Origin: an uncultured Verrucomicrobiae bacterium
Lineage (GTDB): Bacteria > Verrucomicrobiota > Verrucomicrobiia > Limisphaerales > Palsa-1400
Reading direction: 5' to 3'
Assembly (NCBI GenBank): GCA_963702845.1
Contig: OY969763.1
Span: forward strand, 928,001 to 992,000
Length of the DNA stretch: 64,000 bases
Shown: piece by piece, positions 57,670-64,000 of the stretch
Layout: every line of letters begins with the position of its first letter
Numbering within the stretch: position 1 is the stretch's first letter
Program-made: the position numbers and the translations under genes
Notes under the pieces: generated by a model
Database searches by the model: none
Seen by the model: the letters and a program-made list of their open reading frames with translations, nothing else
What the model was told of the DNA's origin: nothing

Positions 57670-60072
57670 ATGAGCGTCCCGGACACAGAATTCATCAGTA
57701 TCCTCGGAGCGACTGGCTCGCCGGAAGGCAGTTCGGAAACTAAAACCTGGTCAAAAGCGCTTCCCGACACCCTGCCGATCCTCGGCCTGTCCGACATCGT
57801 CATTTTCCCGGGCACCGTCACGCCGCTTCTTGTTGAGACAGCGCAAAGTATCCGGCTGATCGACGACGTTGTTGCCGGTGACCGCTTCCTTGGCCTCGTC
57901 CTCCAACGCAGTCCGGAGATCGAGAATCCGTCGCCATCGGACCTATATACATATGGTTGCGCCGGGCGCGTCATGAAGATGCTCAAGTTTCCCGACGGCA
58001 CCGTACGCATCCTCGTGGAAGGCCTGCGCCGGTTCCGCGTCAAAGAATTTGGCGCACAATCGCCTTATCTAACGGCCAAGATCGAAATATTGAACGACCT
58101 TGTGGACGATTCGCTCGAACTCGCCGCCTTGATGCGCAATGCTGAACGCGAATTTCAGGAAATCGTCAAACTGTCCCCAACGCTCAGCGAACAAATCAAG
58201 ATCGCCGCGCTCAATACGGAAGACTCCGGCAAACTCGCCGACCTTATCGCCGCAAACCTGAACCTCAGTCTCGAAGAGCGCCAACACCTGCTCGAAATTC
58301 CGTCCGTTAAAGAGCGCCTCACCCGTTTGTTGCCTTTGCTCAGCCGCGAACTTGAAGTTCTCAAACTCGGTTCCAAGATTCAAAACGAGGTCGTCAGCTC
58401 GATGTCCAAGAACCAGCGCGACTTCTTTCTGCGTGAGCAAATCCGCGCCATCCAGCGCGAGTTGGGTGAAGTCGAACCCGGCGCCGCTGAAGCAAAAGAT
58501 CTGCGCGACCAAATCGAGGCGAACAATCTTCCCGAAGAAGCCAAAAAAGTTGCGCTGAAAGAACTCGAACGCCTGCAGCAAATGCCGCCGGCCGTCGCCG
58601 AGTATACGATGACCCGCAATTACCTTGATTGGATCATCAATCTTCCGTGGTCAAAATTCACCGAGGACAAACTCGACCTCGATCAAGCGGGCCGCATTTT
58701 GGACGAACAGCATTACGGCCTACAAAAAGTTAAAGACCGCCTCCTTGAGTTTCTGGCAGTCATTAAACTGAAACAACAAATCAAAGGCCCGATCCTGTGC
58801 CTCGTTGGACCTCCCGGCGTCGGTAAAACGTCGCTCGGTAAAAGTGTCGCTGACGCGCTCGGGCGAAAATTTGCCCGCATCGCCTTGGGTGGCATGCGCG
58901 ACGAAGCCGAAATTCGCGGACATCGGCGCACCTATGTCGGCGCGTTGCCCGGGCGTATTATTCAAACGTTGCGCAGGGTCGAATCCGGCAATCCAGTCAT
59001 CCTGTTCGACGAACTCGACAAAGTCGGCTCAGACTTCCGGGGCGACCCGGCCTCGGCTTTGCTCGAAGTTTTGGATCCGGCGCAGAATAACACCTTCACC
59101 GATCACTATCTCGATATTCCATTCGACCTGTCGCGCGTGCTGTTCATCACAACGGCCAACTGGCTCGATCCAGTTCACGCTGCTTTGCGCGACCGCCTGG
59201 AAGTGATCGAACTGCCCAGCTACACCGCCTCGGAAAAATTGCAGATTGCGCGTCGCCATCTCGTGCCGCGCCAGCTCGACGAACACGGCTTGAAGAAGAA
59301 GCTGGTCAAATTTCCCGACGCCACGCTGAAAATTTTAATTCAGGACTACACGCGCGAAGCGGGTGTTCGCCAACTCGATCGCGAAATCGCGGCGCTCACA
59401 CGCAAAGCCGCGCGCAAAATAGTCTCGCGCAAATCAATGAATGGCCCGCTGACGATCAAGCCTGAGGAGGTCAAAGACTATCTGGGACCGGCGGCGTTTA
59501 CTTCGGAAATTGCCGAACGGATCACTGATTGTGGCATCGCCATCGGACTGGCCTGGACACCAGTCGGCGGCGAAATTCTGTTCATCGAAGCCACTCGCAT
59601 GGCTGGCCGCGGCAGCCTGATTCTTACTGGCTCGCTTGGTGACGTGATGAAGGAAAGTGCCCACACCGCGCTCAGTTTCCTGCGCAGCCACGCCAAGGAA
59701 CTGAATATCGATTTCACCACCTATCACAAGAACGACATTCACATTCACGTCCCCGCTGGCGCAACGCCAAAAGACGGCCCTAGCGCCGGCGTGACTCTGG
59801 TCGCTGCGTTGGCGTCGTTGCTGACAAAACGTATGATCCGCTCCGACATCTGTATGACTGGCGAAATCAGCCTGCGCGGACGTGTCCTCCGCGTCGGTGG
59901 CGTCAAAGAAAAAGTTCTCGCTGCATCGCGCTCGGGGTTGAAACACGTCATCCTTCCCGATCAAAACAGAAATGATTGGGATGAAGTTCCCGTCGAAGTC
60001 CGCGACAAAATGAAAGTACACTTCGTCAAAAACATCACCGAAGTGATCCCAATTGCGTTGCGTCCGAAGTAG
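57670..60072 (+). CDS. lon: Lon protease
   Basis: GPPGVGKTS; RGHRRTYVGALPG; DELDK; PKDGPSAG; GGVKEK. Confidence 0.97.
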   Translation: MSVPDTEFISILGATGSPEGSSETKTWSKALPDTLPILGLSDIVIFPGTVTPLLVETAQSIRLIDDVVAGDRFLGLVLQRSPEIENPSPSDLYTYGCAGRVMKMLKFPDGTVRILVEGLRRFRVKEFGAQSPYLTAKIEILNDLVDDSLELAALMRNAEREFQEIVKLSPTLSEQIKIAALNTEDSGKLADLIAANLNLSLEERQHLLEIPSVKERLTRLLPLLSRELEVLKLGSKIQNEVVSSMSKNQRDFFLREQIRAIQRELGEVEPGAAEAKDLRDQIEANNLPEEAKKVALKELERLQQMPPAVAEYTMTRNYLDWIINLPWSKFTEDKLDLDQAGRILDEQHYGLQKVKDRLLEFLAVIKLKQQIKGPILCLVGPPGVGKTSLGKSVADALGRKFARIALGGMRDEAEIRGHRRTYVGALPGRIIQTLRRVESGNPVILFDELDKVGSDFRGDPASALLEVLDPAQNNTFTDHYLDIPFDLSRVLFITTANWLDPVHAALRDRLEVIELPSYTASEKLQIARRHLVPRQLDEHGLKKKLVKFPDATLKILIQDYTREAGVRQLDREIAALTRKAARKIVSRKSMNGPLTIKPEEVKDYLGPAAFTSEIAERITDCGIAIGLAWTPVGGEILFIEATRMAGRGSLILTGSLGDVMKESAHTALSFLRSHAKELNIDFTTYHKNDIHIHVPAGATPKDGPSAGVTLVAALASLLTKRMIRSDICMTGEISLRGRVLRVGGVKEKVLAASRSGLKHVILPDQNRNDWDEVPVEVRDKMKVHFVKNITEVIPIALRPK

Positions 60073-60179
60073 TGGGTCGCCTCGCTCCGGCTTGGTCAGT
60101 TTCCGCCTGAGCCGCCGGTACGCGAAACACTGAATTTGGTAGACAATTGCCTGCGTTTTGGGGCATATCATCCACGTCG

Positions 60180-60653
60180 ATGATCACTCCGGAAGAATTT
60201 CAGCGATTGATCCCGCTAGCCTGCCGTTGGGCCGAGACGCAGGAGCGTTTGATTCTCGAAAACGGACGCTCTCTGACCAGCATCGAGTTGGACCTTGCCC
60301 GCTCCATGGGCATCATGCGCGCTGAACGAATCCGTGTGCTGACCGTTGATGCCGTGCCCTCTCCTGAACAGCCGCTACTACGCCTGGCCGCCCAACAAGT
60401 CGGCCTGTTCAGTTCCGCAACCGCTGGCATGACTTTGCGCTACGGCATCTTCATCCAGAAGAACGGCGCCAACGACTCGCGCCTCGTGGCCCACGAACTC
60501 GGCCACGTACGGCAATACGAACGCATGGGAGGCTTTCGCGCTTTCATGGAACGATACCTGTTCGAATGTATGATGATGGGTTATCCCAACACCCCGATGG
60601 AACAGGAAGCCGACGAAATCGCCGCCAGTTTCAACAACCTGCGCGCCGCGTAG
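60180..60653 (+). CDS. HExxH zincin-like protein (DUF4157-like)
   Basis: AGMTLRYGIFI; LVAHELGHVRQYERMG; PMEQEA. Confidence 0.7.
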   Translation: MITPEEFQRLIPLACRWAETQERLILENGRSLTSIELDLARSMGIMRAERIRVLTVDAVPSPEQPLLRLAAQQVGLFSSATAGMTLRYGIFIQKNGANDSRLVAHELGHVRQYERMGGFRAFMERYLFECMMMGYPNTPMEQEADEIAASFNNLRAA

Positions 60654-60658
60654 GTTGG

Positions 60659-61900
60659 CTAAAATTCAAAGCGCACGTCACTGAGCCGCTTCGCGATTTC
60701 CTGCAGCACGCGTTTCTCATCCGCTTCATCCTTCGCCACAAACGTCACGCTAAACCGGAGATTCGCCCCGGCATCATCCCACGGCACCGTCGAAATTAAC
60801 TTCTCCGCGATGAGCCACTGCGAAACATCTTCCGCGTTTTTGAACTCAACTCGCGTTTTTCCGGTAACTGCCTTCGGCGCTTTGACGTAAAGGAAGAACG
60901 AACCTTTCGGTTTTGTTGCCGCAAACCCTGCCGTTTTCAAAACATCGACTAACGCGTTCATTCGTCGCGAATACTTCGCGGCAATTTTTTCGGTTATCTC
61001 AGGATGTTCGTAGCAATAGGCAGAAGCGTGCTGAATGGCGAGGAACTGTCCGGAGTCTGTGTTGTCTTTGACATCACCGTAGGCTTTGACGAGCAGTTCG
61101 TTTCCAGCAACGAAACCGCAGCGCCAACCGGTCATGTTGAACGACTTGCTGGTCGAGTGCAGTTCGATGCCGACTTCCTTCGCGCCGGGCGTCGCTAGAA
61201 AACTCAGTGGCTTGCCTTCGAACACCAACGCCGCGTAGGCCGCATCGTGAATGACCACAATGTTATTCTTTTTCGCGAAGTCCACGACCTTGCGAAAGAA
61301 CTCAGGTGTCGCACTCGCGCCCGTGGGATTGTTCGGATAATTGATGACCAGACCCTTCGCTCGTTTCAAAACGTCGGCGGGAATCGAATCGAGATCCGGC
61401 AGAAAGTTGTTCTGCCTCGTCAGTGGCAAATTGTGCACGAGCCCGCCGTAGTATTTGGAGTGTGTTCCAAAAACCGGATAACCAGGCGTGGTCATCAACA
61501 CGTAATCGCCTGGATTAATCAAGGCGGCCGGCAAAATGGATAGAGCGGCTTTGCTGCCGATCGAGTGGATGACTTCCGTTTCTGGATTAATTCCCAGCAC
61601 ACCACAGACCTTGTCGAGATAACGCGCCGCGGCTTGTTTCAGAGCATCGTCGCCATTGTCGGAATAGCCGCGATTCTCCGACTTGCGTGCGGCGGTGTTC
61701 AACCTATCGAGAACTTCAGGAAACGCCATTTCGTCCGGTTCACCGATACCCATGTCGATAATTTCGGCACCGGGATTAGCGGCCAGCGCAGCGCGTTTGG
61801 TCCGTTTGATCCGTTCGAACTTATAAATGGCGGTGGACTTGCCGTAGTTTTTTCCGCCAATGCGCTCGGCAAACAAATTCTGAATGTAGGGTTCCGTCAT
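60659..61900 (-). CDS. dapL: LL-diaminopimelate aminotransferase
   Basis: FAERIGG..YG; YKFERIKR; GIGEPD; NYPNNPTG; DAAY; SKSFNMTGWR; DSGQF. Confidence 0.88.
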   Translation of the reverse strand: MTEPYIQNLFAERIGGKNYGKSTAIYKFERIKRTKRAALAANPGAEIIDMGIGEPDEMAFPEVLDRLNTAARKSENRGYSDNGDDALKQAAARYLDKVCGVLGINPETEVIHSIGSKAALSILPAALINPGDYVLMTTPGYPVFGTHSKYYGGLVHNLPLTRQNNFLPDLDSIPADVLKRAKGLVINYPNNPTGASATPEFFRKVVDFAKKNNIVVIHDAAYAALVFEGKPLSFLATPGAKEVGIELHSTSKSFNMTGWRCGFVAGNELLVKAYGDVKDNTDSGQFLAIQHASAYCYEHPEITEKIAAKYSRRMNALVDVLKTAGFAATKPKGSFFLYVKAPKAVTGKTRVEFKNAEDVSQWLIAEKLISTVPWDDAGANLRFSVTFVAKDEADEKRVLQEIAKRLSDVRFEF

Positions 61901-61940
61901 GCAAAGGCCGGAAGATAAAGGAACCAGCGGATGGATGCAA

Positions 61941-63131
61941 CTAGACGCGCAGGCCGATGACTCGTCGCGCCTGCCCGGTCTGTCGCTGTTGCAATTCGTA
62001 AATGGCTTCCAGCATCCTGGGCATATTCACTTCGTGAACTTCAATTCCCTGGCCGATGCCTTTCAGCAGCGTGATCGTCAGTTCACCGCCGAGATGTTCA
62101 CGAAATTCTTCAAGCCCTTTCAGGACGAGAATCTGGTTGTCGGCATCAATATTGAGCAGTTCGTTGGCGAACAATTCGTAGCCGAGTTTTTCCAGCAACG
62201 TAAGAACCCGATTACACGATGGCGTATCGAGCAATCCGATGTTGCGCGAGTAAATGACGTCAAGCGCGATGCCAATGGCAACGGCTTCCCCGTGCCGGAT
62301 GTTGTATTCGGAAAGCTGCTCCAGTTTGTGCGCGGCCCAATGTCCGAAATCGAGCGGGCGCGCCGAGCCCATTTCAAATGGGTCGCCAGAAGTGGCGATG
62401 TGGTTCAAATGCAATTCCGCGCAGCGGACGATCAATTGCTGCATTGCTTCGGGAACAAACTTCGCGAGCGACTCGGCATCGCGTTCCAGTTTTTCGAAGA
62501 ACTCGCGGTCCCGAATGAGCGCGACCTTTACCGCTTCAACGTAACCTGCGCGTTTGTCGCGTTCGGGAAGTGACTCGAGAAAAGTGGCATCATTGATCAC
62601 GGCGAACGGAGGAGCAAAAGTGCCGATGAAATTCTTTTTTCCAAACGCGTTGATGCCGTTTTTCACGCCAACGCCAGAGTCGGCCTGGCTTAACGTTGTG
62701 GTTGGGATACGCACATGGCGCACGCCGCGATGAGCGGTTGCTGCGGCGAGTCCCGCCATGTCGAGGAGCGCTCCACCGCCGACGGCAATGACATAGGAAT
62801 GGCGGTCAATGTGGAAGCGATCGATCTGGGAATGAATTTCGGAAACGTGGAAATATGAATTCTTCGTCCGTTCCCCACCTTCAATCGTAAGGGGAGGGGA
62901 AACAAGTTGCAGGCAACTGCTCCAGGCGGTGAAATACTGTTCAATTAGTTTCGCGAGTTCCGGTTGTGCAATGGAAAGTGCTTGGTCGAGAACAACGAGA
63001 GCTTTGACGCGATGGCCCGCTTCCGGCGCGAGCACGTTTTTCAACAGAGAATTATCCGGCGCAAACACGTGGTGCGTAAAATGCACGCGGTGCTCGAAAC
63101 TGACTTTGATTGTGCGCTGGATCGACGACAC
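61941..63131 (-). CDS. Sugar-phosphate cyclase / 3-dehydroquinate synthase family (EboD-like)
   Basis: GGE..KN; IDRHSY; GGGALLD; PTTTLSQADSGVGVKNG; DPFEMGSARPLDFGHWAAHKLE; HGEAV. Confidence 0.88.
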   Translation of the reverse strand: MSSIQRTIKVSFEHRVHFTHHVFAPDNSLLKNVLAPEAGHRVKALVVLDQALSIAQPELAKLIEQYFTAWSSCLQLVSPPLTIEGGERTKNSYFHVSEIHSQIDRFHIDRHSYVIAVGGGALLDMAGLAAATAHRGVRHVRIPTTTLSQADSGVGVKNGINAFGKKNFIGTFAPPFAVINDATFLESLPERDKRAGYVEAVKVALIRDREFFEKLERDAESLAKFVPEAMQQLIVRCAELHLNHIATSGDPFEMGSARPLDFGHWAAHKLEQLSEYNIRHGEAVAIGIALDVIYSRNIGLLDTPSCNRVLTLLEKLGYELFANELLNIDADNQILVLKGLEEFREHLGGELTITLLKGIGQGIEVHEVNMPRMLEAIYELQQRQTGQARRVIGLRV

Positions 63132-63268
63132 GGTTAATTAGCCTGCTTTCTTAGACGTTGGTTGACGAGGTTTTATTGAATTCAGTTGGTACATTTTTGC
63201 GTCGAACACCTTTTTCAATGCATTTGCGCTTGCCAGAATCCCGCGCCGCATTGGATTCTATTTGTCTT

Positions 63269-64000
63269 ATGCCGAAAACGCCCCTGTTCGTGCTCCTGTG
63301 TCTTTGCGCGTCCATGTTCATCGCCTCGGCTGAAACGAAACCGTACATCGTCTTCGTAACTGGCGACCACGAGTATAGCTCGGAGCGCTCGATGCCCGCA
63401 TTGGCGCAATCACTGGAAAAGCAGTTCGGCTTTCGCACGAAGGTCCTTTATGCAACGCAACCTAATGGAAAACGGGATGAGAACTACGAGCAGAATATTC
63501 CCAGCCTTGAAGAGCTGAAAAAAGCGGATCTCGCGATCTTTTTCCTGCGCTGGCGTTTGCTTCCCAAAGAGCAAATCGCTTTGATCGATGATTATTTGAA
63601 ATCCGGCAAACCGCTGATGGGGTTCCGCACGACATCGCATTCGTTTCATTATCCCGCCGGTGACCCATTGGAAAAATGGAATGCGTTTGGAGAATTTGCA
63701 TTCGGCACACCGCCCGGTTGGGGCGCGTCAGGGCATACGCATTATGGTCACAAGTCGACGACCTATGTTTCCATTATCGAGAGTGAAAAAGATCACCCGT
63801 TGCTGAAAGGTATCGCTCCAAATTTCCACGTGGCGTCGTGGCTTTATCATGTTTTGCCAAAATACCCTGCGGCTGGATCTACGTCTCTGTTGATGGGAAC
63901 GTCAGTAAATCCCGACAAGCCGGCAATTCCAAATCCTGTGGCGTGGACTTTCAAAACGCAGTGGGGCGCGCGTTCGTTTTATACTTCAATGGGTCATCCC
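63269..64000 (+). CDS. Secreted ThuA-like domain protein; 3'-truncated (absent from the ORF track)
   Basis: Own translation: MPKTPLFVLLCLCASMFIASAETKPYIVFVTGDHEYSSERSM...GFRTTSHSF...PVAWT...RSFYTSMGHP; frame is open to the window end. Confidence 0.85.
   Translation, partial: MPKTPLFVLLCLCASMFIASAETKPYIVFVTGDHEYSSERSMPALAQSLEKQFGFRTKVLYATQPNGKRDENYEQNIPSLEELKKADLAIFFLRWRLLPKEQIALIDDYLKSGKPLMGFRTTSHSFHYPAGDPLEKWNAFGEFAFGTPPGWGASGHTHYGHKSTTYVSIIESEKDHPLLKGIAPNFHVASWLYHVLPKYPAAGSTSLLMGTSVNPDKPAIPNPVAWTFKTQWGARSFYTSMGHP

Overview
Chromosomal window from a bacterium that looks like Verrucomicrobiota (inference from a PVC-type CxxCH heme protein, a TIGR02597-like domain and many secreted Ig/sulfatase proteins; possibly Pedosphaerales-like). 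It holds about 45 genes. Housekeeping genes include dprA, rhamnulokinase, hemB, hrpB, hflX, an LptF/G permease, folE, lon, dapL and tRNA-Arg(CCG). Signalling genes include two histidine kinases, a receiver protein, a sigma-54 activator, an Rrf2 regulator, a CHASE2 adenylate cyclase with a FecR protein, and an FHA protein. There are also many secreted or surface proteins. I saw no CRISPR array, rRNA, integrase or transposase. Highlights: (1) a non-coding two-copy element at 11854-12095 with 10-bp-phased pentamers, inverted arms and a core motif swapped coherently between the copies; (2) a ~70-aa C-terminal module shared by three unrelated secreted proteins, one of them translationally coupled to a small OM beta-barrel, a candidate sorting/secretion system; (3) a ~1,660-aa nuclease-Ig array-TIGR02597 protein split by two 1-nt frameshifts; (4) an orphan perfect TTGACA/TATAAT promoter before a structured ~145-nt candidate sRNA; (5) a GNAT-PLP enzyme fusion; (6) Thr-Asn enrichment in exported domains, near a TMTC-like glycosyltransferase. 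All family calls come from motif recognition by eye, with no database searches, and start codons are best estimates.
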